Assembly (NCBI GenBank): GCA_965226375.1
Contig: CBDDCX010000005.1
Span: 224,001 to 288,000 of the forward strand
Direction of reading: 5' to 3'
DNA from: Longimicrobiales bacterium
GTDB lineage: Bacteria > Gemmatimonadota > Gemmatimonadetes > Longimicrobiales > Gaopeijiaceae
DNA length: 64,000 bases
The notes under the pieces are model-generated. The model was given only the letters and a program-made list of their open reading frames with translations, was not told where the DNA came from and searched no databases. Position numbers and translations under genes: made by a program. Shown in pieces: positions 28,111-38,671 of this stretch. The first letter of the stretch is position 1, and every line of letters starts with the position of its first letter.

Positions 28111-28662
28111 CGCGAGTCACACCTGGCCACTTTCCGTTTCGACCCGGCACGTCTGCTCTGACACCGTAGAACGCCCTAGTGTGGTGTAGCAGAAGTCATG
28201 CTGCCATTCGGACGCGTCCGCATCCCGCGACCCACTCGCTTCGCGAGCGGGTGCCCCCTGCGTTGCTTCTCCTCGAAATAGCGGTGCTATTCCTCGTCGT
28301 CGCGCCTTGATCTGCGGGCGCGGACCGCGCCCTGAACAGCGCACCTGATGGTTAACACAAGTGTGCCAGCTGATGGTTAACAGATTGGGTTACGTCCTGT
28401 GTTACCGTGGGTGTCGAAAATGACGAAGAGTTCTTCGTCAAACCACCCGAGGGTAGTGGGACCGAAGTAGACCTGCCACAGAGCGGGGCCGATGGGTTCG
28501 AGCCCGATGAACTCGTTGCCCAGAGCCGAACTGATGTTGATCCAACGCGAGTGCCAGCGGATGCCTCCGTTTGTAGAGACCTTACGGACCCCTCTCTGCC
28601 AACGTACGTGAGACACGGAGCACGCAAAGAATTAGAGTAGGGCGAAGGCAGAGAAAACGAAC

Positions 28663-29112
28663 ATGTTGGGACTGCGAGAGAGAATGGCAGAGAATGGTAG
28701 TGCCCCTGGAACCGGGGAGGCCAAGCGAAGCGCGGCAGCTCCTGCGGACCCGGAGGTAGTAGATAGGCCGCTACGGCGGCGGTTCAGTCCGTCGTACAAG
28801 CTGCGGATCGTCGAAGAAGCGGACCGGTGCACCGAGCCCGGCGAGGTGGGTCAAGTCCTGCGGCGAGAGGGCCTGTACTCGTCGCACCTGACGACGTGGC
28901 GCAAGGCGGCGCATAGCGGGTCGCTGAAGGCCCTGTCGAAGAAACGCGGCCGCAAGCCGGAGCGAAATCCGCTGGATGAGAAGGTACGCAAGCTGGAGCG
29001 GCGAAACGCACGGCTCGGGAATGAGCTCAGGAAGGCACACCTGATCATCGACGTGCAGGGAAAAGTTGCGGGGCTGCTGGGGATAAGCCTCGACGACGGG
29101 ACAAACTCTTGA
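28663..29112 (+). CDS. IS3-like transposase OrfA (HTH)
   Basis: RRRFSPSYKLRI, LRREGLYSSHL. Confidence 0.9.
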   Translation: MLGLRERMAENGSAPGTGEAKRSAAAPADPEVVDRPLRRRFSPSYKLRIVEEADRCTEPGEVGQVLRREGLYSSHLTTWRKAAHSGSLKALSKKRGRKPERNPLDEKVRKLERRNARLGNELRKAHLIIDVQGKVAGLLGISLDDGTNS

Positions 29113-30116
29113 AGGCGGCCGATGAGCTGGCTAAGCACGTCGGTGTAAAACCGGCGTGCGCGGCCCTCGAGGTCTCCCGATCGACGTTGTACCGTCGTCG
29201 AGGCCCATCAACCGGGCAACAGCAGCCCCGCCCGACGCCCGCCCGGGCATTGAGCGAGACGGAACGAGGCGAGGTCTTCGACACGCTGTGTTCGGAGCGG
29301 TTCGTGGACCGCTCACCCGCCGAGGTGGTGGCCACGCTGCTCGACGAAGAGGTCTACCTGTGCAGCGAACGCACGATGTATCGTGTTCTGGCCTCCGAGG
29401 TGCCGGTTCAGGAACGCCGGGCGCAGCGCACCCATCCCGAGTACAAGAAGCCCGAGTTGATGGCCACGGCGCCGAACCAGGTGTGGTCCTGGGATATCAC
29501 GCGGCTGCTCGGGCCGAAGAAGTGGAGCTATTACTACCTCTACGTCATCATGGACATCTACAGCCGCTACGTCGTGGGCTGGATGGTGGCGGACCGGGAG
29601 AACTCGGCCCTGGCCGGCCGGTTGATCCAGCAGAGCTGCCTGAAGCATGGCGTCCAGCCCCGGGTCCTGACCCTGCACTCGGATCGGGGAGCTCCAATGA
29701 CGAGCCAATGCACCGCTCAACTTCTCGCTGACCTCGGCGTGACCCGCTCGTTGAGCCGGCCTCAGGTGTCGGATGACAACCCGTTTTCCGAGGCTCAGTT
29801 CAAAACCTTGAAGTACCATCCCTCGTTTCCCGGACGGTTCGGGGATCAGGGCCAAGCCAAGACGTTCTGTCGATCGTTCTTCCGCTGGTACAATGCCGAG
29901 CACCGCCATGGCGGCATCTCGATGCTAACCCCCGAGCAGGTCCACTTCGGGAACGCCGATCAGGTCATTGCCGGCAGGAAATCCGTGCTCCGCGAAGCAT
30001 GGGCCGCTCATCCCGAACGCTTCGTCAGAGGTGTGCCGAATCCCAAACCGCTCCCGGAGGCCGTCTTCATCAATCCTCCCATCCCTTCCCTCACCACACA
30101 GGACATTGCTCTCTAA
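29109..30116 (+). CDS. IS3-like transposase OrfB (rve/DDE)
   Basis: WSWDIT, DIYSRYVVGW, HSDRG, DNPFSEAQFKTLKY; TTGA overlap with OrfA. Confidence 0.92.
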   Translation: MKAADELAKHVGVKPACAALEVSRSTLYRRRGPSTGQQQPRPTPARALSETERGEVFDTLCSERFVDRSPAEVVATLLDEEVYLCSERTMYRVLASEVPVQERRAQRTHPEYKKPELMATAPNQVWSWDITRLLGPKKWSYYYLYVIMDIYSRYVVGWMVADRENSALAGRLIQQSCLKHGVQPRVLTLHSDRGAPMTSQCTAQLLADLGVTRSLSRPQVSDDNPFSEAQFKTLKYHPSFPGRFGDQGQAKTFCRSFFRWYNAEHRHGGISMLTPEQVHFGNADQVIAGRKSVLREAWAAHPERFVRGVPNPKPLPEAVFINPPIPSLTTQDIAL

Positions 30117-31283
30117 TTAATCCCGTAGAGTGTCCCATTGTCGTTGACAGGTTCCGGACCTCGAAGTGCTCAGGGTACTCGATGGGCGGAAGGACGTCGG
30201 GGTAGGCTCTAAGAGCCGATCGGTAGACGGAATGGGGAGTAGCGTCGTCGAGCGCCTCGTGGGGGCGGATGTGATTGAATGTGTGGCGGAAGTCGTTGAA
30301 GTGGCGCTGCTGGGCACTGAGGTTGGCCTTGGGCGGGCGAGTGGCTTCACGCTTGAGGGTCCTGTGCATGCGTTCGTGTCGGCCGTTCTGCTGCGGCTTA
30401 CCCGGCTCGATGGTCTCAGGACGGATACCGAGGCGGATCCACCAGGCACTCAGGCGTGTGAGGCGAGCGAGGCCGATGGAAGCGAAGGGCGTACCATTGT
30501 CGGAGCGGATGACGGCGGGCAGACCGAACTCGCGGAAAGTCCTGATGAACACAGGCTTGGCGAGCTCGATCGACGTGGAATACAGCCCTGTGCACTCGAG
30601 CAGGAACCGGCTGAAGCCGTCCTGGATCGTGAGGGGGTAGCAGTAGCGACCGTTGCGCATCTTGAACTGCCCTTTGAAGTCGACGGTCCAGACCGCATTG
30701 GGCTCATCCATCGCAGTGAGCGGCTTGCCGGGGTGGCCCGGTTTGCCGGAGCGTCTGCGCTTCTTCGTGATCAGGTCGTGACGCTCGAAGATGCGATCGA
30801 TCGTCCTGCGAGCTGGGGCCGAGCCAAACTTCTCAGCTGTGAGTTTACGGATCTTGCGTGATCCCCATCCGTAGCGCTGACGCAGGTCGACGACGTGTTC
30901 GACGATCGGCTCCTCCACGGCGTGTGGGCAGTGATGGGGTCGGCGCGATCGCTCTTGCAGTCCCTCGAATCCCTCTGCGCGGAAGCGATTCCACCAGGTG
31001 TATCCCGCGGTCCTGCTGATACCGTAGCGCCTACAGGACTCGGCGAAACTGAACGTCCGTTGTTGCACTTCGAGGATAAAGCGTACTCTTTGCTCGTACA
31101 TGGTCGACCGGTTCCAGTCCATCGGGCTCTCCTTGTTGCAGAACCCTGGTTGATAGGAACCTGTCAACCATCAGTGTAGGCCATTGTGTAAAGGATCAGG
31201 GTAGGCTGTACCGCCTCGGTGGCTACCAGACTTCTGCTACACCACCCTAGCCACCGCGATCTCGCCTCGGCTATCTTCAGTCC

Positions 31284-32066
31284 ATGAACGGCACCATTGT
31301 GGCTCCCGTGAGGTACCTCGGCCGCTGGACGTTGGGCGCCGTGCGGTCTCTTGGAAAGGCCGGGTATCTCGCTGCCGGGGCCACGCGTGCCCTGAAGAAC
31401 GTGGAAATCTGGGGGCCGCGCCTGATGCCCCAGTTGGTGGCCGTCGGCGTCGCCTCCGTCCCGATAGCCCTGTTCATCGCCACCTTCACCGGCATCGTGT
31501 TGGCGCTGCAGGCTTCGTACACGTTCACGGGCGCTGTCCCGATGTATTTCGTCGGGACGCTGGTCGGGAAGACCATGATCATGGAGTTGGGACCGGTGCT
31601 CACGGGCCTCTCTCTTGCCGGCCGGGTGGGGGCCAGCATTTCGGCGGAGATCGGTACCATGCGGGTCACGGAGCAGATCGACGCTCTGGAGACCCTGGCC
31701 TACGATCCCCTTGCCTATCTGGTCGTGCCCCGCGTGTTGGCCGGCGTCCTCATGTTTCCGATCATCGTGGTCCTCGCCTCCGCCATGGGAGTGGTTGCCG
31801 GTTGGGCGGCTTCCATGGCACTGCTGGACATGTCGAGCGCCGAGTTCCTGAAGGGGCTCAAGCTCTTTTTCGAGCCGTGGGATGTGCAGTTCGCCGCTAT
31901 CAAGAGCACCAGCTTCGGCCTCATCGTTACGGGAGTGGGATCGTTCTACGGCTTCCACACGAGGGGCGGAGCCGCCGGCGTGGGTATATCCGCTACCCGC
32001 TCGGTGGTTCTGGCGAGCATGCTGATCCTGGTTCTGGACGCCTTCTGGGCGCTGGTCCTCCTTTGA
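31284..32066 (+). CDS. mlaE: MlaE-family ABC permease
   Basis: ELGPVL, AGRVGA, AEIGTMRVTEQIDAL, GGAAGVG. Confidence 0.92.
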   Translation: MNGTIVAPVRYLGRWTLGAVRSLGKAGYLAAGATRALKNVEIWGPRLMPQLVAVGVASVPIALFIATFTGIVLALQASYTFTGAVPMYFVGTLVGKTMIMELGPVLTGLSLAGRVGASISAEIGTMRVTEQIDALETLAYDPLAYLVVPRVLAGVLMFPIIVVLASAMGVVAGWAASMALLDMSSAEFLKGLKLFFEPWDVQFAAIKSTSFGLIVTGVGSFYGFHTRGGAAGVGISATRSVVLASMLILVLDAFWALVLL

Positions 32067-32812
32067 GCATCGAACTCAAGGACGTGCACAAAGCGTTCGG
32101 GCTGAAGGAGATTCTGCGAGGGTTCTCTCTCGAGGTCCATGAAGGTGAGACGTTGAGCATCATCGGAGCCTCTGGGGCCGGGAAGTCCGTCACGCTCAAG
32201 CACTTGGTAGCGCTCATCCAAGCGGATCGGGGCGAGGTTTGGGTGGACGGGCAGAACGTGGCCGAGCTGGAGGGGGACGATCTGTCCGATCTGCGTCGCA
32301 GGATAGGATACGTCTTCCAGTTTGCGGCCCTGTTCGACTCCATGACCATTGCCGAGAACGTGGCCATGGGGCTGCGCAGGATTCCCGATATGTACGAGGA
32401 AGAGATCGACGCTCGGGTGAGGGAGAGTCTCGCTTTGGTGGATCTCCAGGGGGTCGAGGGGCGCTACCCATCGGAGCTTTCCGGGGGTATGGTGAAGAGA
32501 GCGGGCCTGGCGCGGGCCATCGCAACGAGACCCAAATACCTGTTGTATGATGAGCCGACCACCGGGCTCGATCCGATCACTGTAACCGTCATCGACCGCC
32601 TGATTGTCCGGATGAGCGAGGAGCTGGGTGTGACCGGCATCGTCATCACACACGATATGAAGAGCGCATACCACATCTCCGACCGGATCGCGATGCTCCA
32701 TGAGGGCCGCCTCCGCACGGTCGGAACGGTCGAAGAGATCCGAGAGTCGGCCGATCCGCTACTCAGGGCTTTTATCGAAGGCCGACCGGAGCTGATGGAG
32801 TCTGCTCAGTGA
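32063..32812 (+). CDS. mlaF: MlaF-family ABC ATPase
   Basis: GASGAGKS, FQFAALFDSM, LSGGM, YDEPTTGLDP; TTGA overlap. Confidence 0.92.
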   Translation: MSIELKDVHKAFGLKEILRGFSLEVHEGETLSIIGASGAGKSVTLKHLVALIQADRGEVWVDGQNVAELEGDDLSDLRRRIGYVFQFAALFDSMTIAENVAMGLRRIPDMYEEEIDARVRESLALVDLQGVEGRYPSELSGGMVKRAGLARAIATRPKYLLYDEPTTGLDPITVTVIDRLIVRMSEELGVTGIVITHDMKSAYHISDRIAMLHEGRLRTVGTVEEIRESADPLLRAFIEGRPELMESAQ

Positions 32813-33819
32813 CCCGCCGCCGGGAGTTGCTGGTCGGGGTGGTGGTCCTTGCCGGACTGTTCGTGGGGGTTTTCGGAACACTCTGGCTCCAAGGCAAACG
32901 TTTTGGTAGTACCGAAACGGAGATCCACGTACTCATCAGGGATGCAGGCCAACTCGCCGTCGGGAACGGCGTGAAGTTCAGGGGGGTGAGCATCGGGCGA
33001 GTGGGAGATATCACTGTGGAACCCGGAGGCTCCGCGGTCCGGGTCGAGTTACTGCTCGAAGGGGACTGGATTCTCGAGCAGGACGCGGCGGTCGTCATCG
33101 CTCCCGAGTCGATGTTCGGGGATTGGCAAGCCGAAATAGTGACACGCTCCCGTTTTCCTCGCTTCGACTTCTACGAGGTTCCGGCCAACGCACGATTCGA
33201 TGGCGGAATCCAGGTGTTGGGGGGGTTCACGCTGCCCGATCTGTCACGACTGACGGCCGTCGCCGACGAGGTGGCCCAGAATCTGGCGTCCCTCACCGAC
33301 CGTTTCGACCGGGCTTTCAGCGACGAGTCCGCCGATCAGCTGGCTCAGGCGATCGACAATATGGAGGAACTCTCCGCAACGCTGCGTGACGTAGTCGACG
33401 AGCAGTCGGTTCAGTTCACGGGCATCGCCGACGACGTGAGGACGTCTACAGGCGAAATCGCTTCGGCCCTGACCCATGCCAGGGGCTCCCTGGAGCGCAT
33501 CGACGCCATACTCAGCTCGGGTGACGTCGACTCGATTATCGTGAATACGCGAGTCATCACCACGGACCTGCGGGACGCGTCAGGCGATATTTCCTCAGCG
33601 ACCGCGAACCTCAACGAGACGCTCGCTTTGGCGGACTCGACCATATCGGCCCTGAGTCGTATCACCACTCGAGTGGAGCAGGGAGAGGGATCCCTGGGCA
33701 GGCTCATCTACGATACGGCTTTCGCCACTCGGGCGGAGGGGGTGTTGGAGGAACTCAACCTTCTCATGCAAGACATCCGAGCGAATCCGCGCAAGTACGT
33801 GCGGCTCTCGATCTTCTAG
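32809..33819 (+). CDS. mlaD: MCE/MlaD-family protein
   Basis: N-terminal TM, VKFRGVSIGRV, helical region, GSLGRL...NPRKY. Confidence 0.88.
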   Translation: MTRRRELLVGVVVLAGLFVGVFGTLWLQGKRFGSTETEIHVLIRDAGQLAVGNGVKFRGVSIGRVGDITVEPGGSAVRVELLLEGDWILEQDAAVVIAPESMFGDWQAEIVTRSRFPRFDFYEVPANARFDGGIQVLGGFTLPDLSRLTAVADEVAQNLASLTDRFDRAFSDESADQLAQAIDNMEELSATLRDVVDEQSVQFTGIADDVRTSTGEIASALTHARGSLERIDAILSSGDVDSIIVNTRVITTDLRDASGDISSATANLNETLALADSTISALSRITTRVEQGEGSLGRLIYDTAFATRAEGVLEELNLLMQDIRANPRKYVRLSIF

Positions 33820-33821
33820 CG

Positions 33822-34274
33822 GTGGGGGAACCTCGGGCCAGGATCGAGCGGAGTTCCGGCGGCGTGGTGGCGCGCCGGATCGAAGGCTCAGTGCACTTCC
33901 TGCTCATCAAGGATCCCTACGGGAAGTGGGGGTTGCCCAAGGGCCATCTCGAGGGTGAGGAGAGCTCGGAAGAGGCGGCGGTCCGGGAAGTCGGAGAAGA
34001 AACGGGGCTCGACGAGCTCCGGTTGGGGCCCTCCCTGGGAACCATCGATTGGTACTTTCGGCTGAAGGGCGATCTGATTCATAAATTTTGCGAGTACTTC
34101 CTGATAGCCTCGCCGAACGGAGACACCAGACCCGAGGTGGAGGAGGGTATTACAGAGTGCCTGTGGCTCCCGGTGCCGGAGGCGATCACGGCGGTGGCTT
34201 ACGACAATGCGCGGCAGGTCGTCGAGAGAGCGGCGGAGGCTCTGGCGTCGGACGAAGTGAAAGGCATTCTATGA
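33822..34274 (+). CDS. NUDIX hydrolase
   Basis: WGLPKGHLEGEESSEEAAVREVGEETG. Confidence 0.92.
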   Translation: MGEPRARIERSSGGVVARRIEGSVHFLLIKDPYGKWGLPKGHLEGEESSEEAAVREVGEETGLDELRLGPSLGTIDWYFRLKGDLIHKFCEYFLIASPNGDTRPEVEEGITECLWLPVPEAITAVAYDNARQVVERAAEALASDEVKGIL

Positions 34275-35533
34275 CGACGCAAACACAGTCGGTTTGGCAT
34301 GTGGTACAAGCCGCTGCGGCACTTCTGGTGCTCGGCCTCTTCCTGTTCGGCGTGCGGGACTTGCTGAACCCGTTTCTTCTATTCTGGATCCTGGTGCTGG
34401 TGCTCTACCCCTTCCGGAAGGTGGAGGGGCACGCGTTGATCGTCCTCGTCGCTGCCCTTCTCACGCTGTATTGGCTGCTGGCCACCACCGGATTCCTGCT
34501 CGCGCCCTTCGTGCTGGGCTTCGTCTTGGCCTACATGCTCGATCCGGTCGTCGATGCCATCGAGGGTCGCGGTGTCGGACGTACGCTGGCCATCGTGCTT
34601 CTCACCCTGCCCGTGGTGGGGCTCGGCGTGGTATTGGTGCTCTTCGGGATCCCCACCCTGATCGTGCAGATGGACCAGCTCATCGAGGCGGCCCCGGCGT
34701 TCCTCGAGCGAATGAGCGGGTGGGTCAGTGGGCTGAGAGAGCGCCTTGTCCTCGCGAACATCCCCGGCCTGGACCAGGAATCGATTCCGGACCCCCGAAG
34801 CCTGGATCCGACTCAGATCGTGGCCTTCCTGCAAGAGCGGCGAGAGAGCCTGGCTACCCAGGCCTGGGCCAGCGTTCTTGGCCTCGGTAGGGGACTCGGA
34901 TCGGCGGCGACGCTGGTAGGGTACGTCGTGCTCACGCCGGTGCTGACATTCTATTTGCTCCGGGACTACGACAGGATCATCGCTCGGGTCCGGGAGCTTC
35001 TTCCGCATTCTCGCCGAGCGGCCATCGTCGATTTTGCCACGGAATACGACGCGTTGTTGGCCAAGTATCTGCGGGGTCAGGTCACCGTCGCCGTCATCCT
35101 CGGACTCCTCACGGGCGTGCTCCTCTTCGTAGTCCGGTTCCCCTATCCTTTCCTTTTGGGGGCGTTGGTGGGGGTCCTGGGGCTGATTCCCTTCCTGGGG
35201 CTCGTTCTCAGTATCATTCCAGCCATAGTCGTGGCACTGATGAGCGGTAACGTGGGGGCCTCGCTGATAAAGGTGGCTGCGGTATATGGCTCCACCCAGA
35301 TCCTGGAGGGCAGCTTCATCAGCCCGCGCATCGTGGGAGAGTCCGTGGGACTCCACCCCGTTTGGATCGTTCTGGCCCTGTCGGTGGGTGGCTTCTTCTT
35401 CGGATTCGTCGGCCTTCTGATCGGCGTGCCCGGCGCCGTTGGCGTCAAGCTACTCGTAGCGCGTGGACTCGATCGCTACCGCGATTCCGAACTCTTCGCG
35501 GGAGGGGAGCCGGGGTCCGTCGAAGGTACCTAG
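34271..35533 (+). CDS. AI-2E family transporter
   Basis: Polytopic; YLRGQ, IPFLG, PRIVGESVGLHP. Confidence 0.9.
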   Translation: MTTQTQSVWHVVQAAAALLVLGLFLFGVRDLLNPFLLFWILVLVLYPFRKVEGHALIVLVAALLTLYWLLATTGFLLAPFVLGFVLAYMLDPVVDAIEGRGVGRTLAIVLLTLPVVGLGVVLVLFGIPTLIVQMDQLIEAAPAFLERMSGWVSGLRERLVLANIPGLDQESIPDPRSLDPTQIVAFLQERRESLATQAWASVLGLGRGLGSAATLVGYVVLTPVLTFYLLRDYDRIIARVRELLPHSRRAAIVDFATEYDALLAKYLRGQVTVAVILGLLTGVLLFVVRFPYPFLLGALVGVLGLIPFLGLVLSIIPAIVVALMSGNVGASLIKVAAVYGSTQILEGSFISPRIVGESVGLHPVWIVLALSVGGFFFGFVGLLIGVPGAVGVKLLVARGLDRYRDSELFAGGEPGSVEGT

Positions 35534-35649
35534 ACCCGACGGTAGCTAGACCCGTCTCCATGGCCCGAGGCCCGGTTGGACGTCTTCCGGTCCCAAGTTA
35601 GACTTCAGGCTGCTGATTCACCGAGAACCGGGCCCCATCGTCATTGACC

Positions 35650-36657
35650 ATGCACCACGACGTACGTGATATCACGATCATCGGAGGCGGACCGACAGGC
35701 CTCTTCGGCGCCTTCTATGCGGGGTTGAGGGAGATTTCGACCCGCATTATCGACTCCCTGCCCGAGTTGGGCGGCCAGCTCATGGCCCTGTACCCCGAGA
35801 AGTATATCTTCGACGTAGGGGGCATTCCCAAGATCCTGGCCAAGGATCTGGCCAGAGACATGGTCGCGCAGGGCACGCAGTTCGATCCGGACGTGGTCCT
35901 GGACGAAGAAGTCCGCGAGCTCGACAATAGAGGCGATCACTTCGTGTTTCGGTGCAGGAGCGGCGACTATGCGAGCCGGTCCGTACTTATCGCCGGTGGC
36001 AAAGGTGCGTTTGAGCCGCGGCACCTCAAGTGTCCCGGCTACGATGACTTGCTCGGCAAGGGGATCTACTACGCCGTAAAGGACCCGGACGACTACATCG
36101 GTAAGAGGGTGCTCCTTGTGGGGGGTGGTGATTCCGCACTGGATTGGGCCCTCAGCCTCAAAGACCGTGCCGAACAACTCACCATGGTCCATCGCCGGGA
36201 TGGTTTCCGGGCGCACGAGGCGTCCATCAAGCAGCTTCACGCGGCTGATGCGGCTGGTGAAATCGATTTGAGAACCTTCTACGAGGTCCGCGAGATCCGC
36301 GGCAACGGCTCCGTCGAGTCTGCCACGATCTACGACAACCGCACGGATGAAGACCTCGAGCTCGAAGTAGATGCCGTGCTGTGTTTCTTGGGGTTCAAGC
36401 CCGATCTGGGCCCAATGAAGTCGTGGGGACTAGCTCTCGACAAGAACAGAATCGTGGTGAGCCAACTCATGGAGACCTCGATCCCCGGCATCTACGGAGC
36501 GGGCGATGTGGTGTCCTATCCCGGGAAGATCGATCTCATCGCCACCGGATACGCTGAAGCTGCCATTGCCGTGAACAACGCCGTGACTTACCTGGATCCT
36601 GAAGCTCGCGTGAATCCCGGCCACTCGACCAACCTGGCGCTATTCAAGGACAAATAG
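35650..36657 (+). CDS. TrxB-like ferredoxin-NADP+ reductase (YumC type)
   Basis: GGQLMALYPEKYIFDVGG, GGGDSALDW, PGHST; no CxxC. Confidence 0.9.
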   Translation: MHHDVRDITIIGGGPTGLFGAFYAGLREISTRIIDSLPELGGQLMALYPEKYIFDVGGIPKILAKDLARDMVAQGTQFDPDVVLDEEVRELDNRGDHFVFRCRSGDYASRSVLIAGGKGAFEPRHLKCPGYDDLLGKGIYYAVKDPDDYIGKRVLLVGGGDSALDWALSLKDRAEQLTMVHRRDGFRAHEASIKQLHAADAAGEIDLRTFYEVREIRGNGSVESATIYDNRTDEDLELEVDAVLCFLGFKPDLGPMKSWGLALDKNRIVVSQLMETSIPGIYGAGDVVSYPGKIDLIATGYAEAAIAVNNAVTYLDPEARVNPGHSTNLALFKDK

Positions 36658-36764
36658 GGGTGGGAAGTGGACACCGGGACCGCCGGCCACACGAGATCGG
36701 GAACCTCCAAGTGTTCTAATGATCGGTCACTATAAAGACACACCCCACCCGGGGAATGAGGATC

Positions 36765-37766
36765 ATGTCTGAACGCCAACGCGAACAAGTCGTCATCATC
36801 GGCTCGGGCCCCGCAGCCTGGACCGCAGCGATCTATGCCGCCCGGGCGAGCCTGCACCCATTCGTGGTCGAGGGCGCAGGCAGCAGAACCATGATTCCCG
36901 GCGGGCAGTTGATGTATACCACCGAGGTGGAAAATTATCCCGGCTTCCCGGAGGGTATCACGGGTATCGAGATGATGGCCGACTTCAAAGCTCAAGCGCT
37001 CCGGTTCGACACGCGGGTCATCACCGAGGACGTGGTCGAGGTCGACTTTTCGGTACGGCCCCTGCTGCTCAAGACGAGTGGTGGGACCGAAATCGAGAGC
37101 GACACGGTCATCCTCGCGACCGGAGCCAACGCCCAGTGGATCGGCCTCCCGAATGAAGAGCGCCTGGCCCAGAGCGGTGGGGGGGTGTCAGCGTGTGCCG
37201 TCTGCGACGGTGCTCTGCCCCACTTCCGGGACCAGGTCATCGCCATTGTCGGGGGCGGTGACAGCGCCATGGAGGACGCCCTCTATATGGCGAAGTTCGC
37301 CAAAGAGGTCGTGGTAGTGCATCGCCGCGACGAACTCCGGGCTTCGAAGATCATGCAGGATCGAGCCTTTGCCGAGGAAAAGATCCGGTTCGAGTGGAAC
37401 CACGTGGTGACCGATGTCGAGGGGGACGACGTGATCACGGCGGTGGTGCTCGAGAACACTCAGACGGGTGAGGCGCACCGGCTCGAGGTGGGCGGGTTGT
37501 TCGTGGCGATAGGCCACACACCCAACACGGAGTTCCTGGCCGGCCAAGTGGAGCTCAAGTCCAACGGATGGATCGAGACGCCGGTATCGTGGCGCACCGA
37601 GACCTCCGTGCCCGGCGTCTTCGCGGCCGGTGACGTCCAAGACGACTACTACAAGCAGGCTGTCACCGCGGCGGGGACCGGCTGCATGGCCGCGCTCGAC
37701 GCGGAACGTTGGTTGGCGCATGGTGGAGTGGAGAGCGTTTCGGCGGGAGTCGGGGCGGAGGGCTGA
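36765..37766 (+). CDS. trxB: Thioredoxin-disulfide reductase
   Basis: VENYPGF, SACAVCDG, QAVTAAGTGCMAA. Confidence 0.95.
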   Translation: MSERQREQVVIIGSGPAAWTAAIYAARASLHPFVVEGAGSRTMIPGGQLMYTTEVENYPGFPEGITGIEMMADFKAQALRFDTRVITEDVVEVDFSVRPLLLKTSGGTEIESDTVILATGANAQWIGLPNEERLAQSGGGVSACAVCDGALPHFRDQVIAIVGGGDSAMEDALYMAKFAKEVVVVHRRDELRASKIMQDRAFAEEKIRFEWNHVVTDVEGDDVITAVVLENTQTGEAHRLEVGGLFVAIGHTPNTEFLAGQVELKSNGWIETPVSWRTETSVPGVFAAGDVQDDYYKQAVTAAGTGCMAALDAERWLAHGGVESVSAGVGAEG

Positions 37767-37842
37767 GCCAGGGACCCGGCAGTCATTACGCCGCCACCTT
37801 CCACAACCGCGGGGATGTGCCGGTCACCACGGAGAGCTGCTC

Positions 37843-38559
37843 ATGGATCTCAAAGGGAAGGCGTGCATCGTAACCGGGGCCACTAAGGGCATCGGCCGGT
37901 CCATCGCACAGGCCCTCGCCGGGGCCGGCGCCGATGTGGTGGTGAGCGCTCGCACGGCCGGTGACGTGGAGAGTGTCGTGGCCGAGCTGGACCGCTCCAA
38001 TTCCGGACGGATGGTGGGGGTGCCGGCCGACGTGAGCCGTGCCGACGAGTGTTCTCGGCTCATCGGAGCCGCCGTCCAGGAGCTCGGCCGCCTCGACGTG
38101 TTGATCAACAACGCGGGCGTCGGAATTTTCGCCTCCATCGAAGCACTATCACTCGACGATTGGCAGACCCAGATCGACACCAACCTTCGAGGGGTGTTCT
38201 GCTGTGCGCAGGCGGCGGTTCCGCATCTGAAGGCCACGAAGGGTTGGATCATCAACATCGGATCCCTCGCCTCCCGCAACTCCTTTGCCGGTGGCACCGG
38301 TTACAACGCCAGCAAGTTCGGGCTGCTGGGCATGACCGAGGCCATGATGCTGGACCTTCGTCACTCAGGGATCCGGGTGAGCATCATCATGCCGGGGAGC
38401 GTGAACACGACGTTCTCCGATCACGAGGTCGGCCCGGACAGGGAGTGGGCGCTGGCGGCGGATGATGTAGCCGCGGCGACCCTGCACCTCCTATCCTACC
38501 CCGAAAACTCCCTCGTCAGCCGGGTGGAGATGCGGCCCAGTCGCCCCCCCCAACGCTGA
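37843..38559 (+). CDS. SDR-family oxidoreductase
   Basis: TGATKGIG, NNAG, YNASK. Confidence 0.92.
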   Translation: MDLKGKACIVTGATKGIGRSIAQALAGAGADVVVSARTAGDVESVVAELDRSNSGRMVGVPADVSRADECSRLIGAAVQELGRLDVLINNAGVGIFASIEALSLDDWQTQIDTNLRGVFCCAQAAVPHLKATKGWIINIGSLASRNSFAGGTGYNASKFGLLGMTEAMMLDLRHSGIRVSIIMPGSVNTTFSDHEVGPDREWALAADDVAAATLHLLSYPENSLVSRVEMRPSRPPQR

Positions 38560-38671
38560 CGGGCCCAGGCTGCCGCTGAGCGGCAATATGGCCGCGCGAC
38601 TCGGGGCGCGATGCCGTACATTCGGGGTATTCAGACCGTGAGTTCAACACGCATACAACCATGAGGCAGGC

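Larger units (their letters stand above)
28585..30156 (+). mobile_element. IS3-like two-ORF insertion sequence
   Basis: Imperfect IRs (TGCCAACG...AATTAGAG / CTCTAATT...CGTTGACA); its removal restores the host reading frame; ends uncertain by ~10 bp. Confidence 0.88.
28377..31122 (-). pseudogene. IS481-family transposase split by an IS3-like element
   Basis: HTH, WTVDFKG, IRSDNG, PQQNGRHERMH; ...EHFEVR (~30157) continues as KVSTNGGIRW... (~28583). Confidence 0.9.
28333..31211 (-). mobile_element. IS481-family element (interrupted)
   Basis: Imperfect ends TGAACAGC/GTACAGCC with subterminal CTGATGGTT(A/G)ACA repeats. Confidence 0.8.
28176..31250. mobile_element. MITE split by nested IS elements
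   Basis: 22-bp IRs (CTAGTGTGGTGTAGCAGAAGTC, 1 mismatch) at 28176-28197 and 31229-31250; core homologous to the MITE at 5717. Confidence 0.8.

Noticed and set aside
35530..35554. CTAGACCCG direct repeat after the AI-2E stop as an excision footprint
   Set aside because: Only 9 bp and no match to the element termini; not enough support
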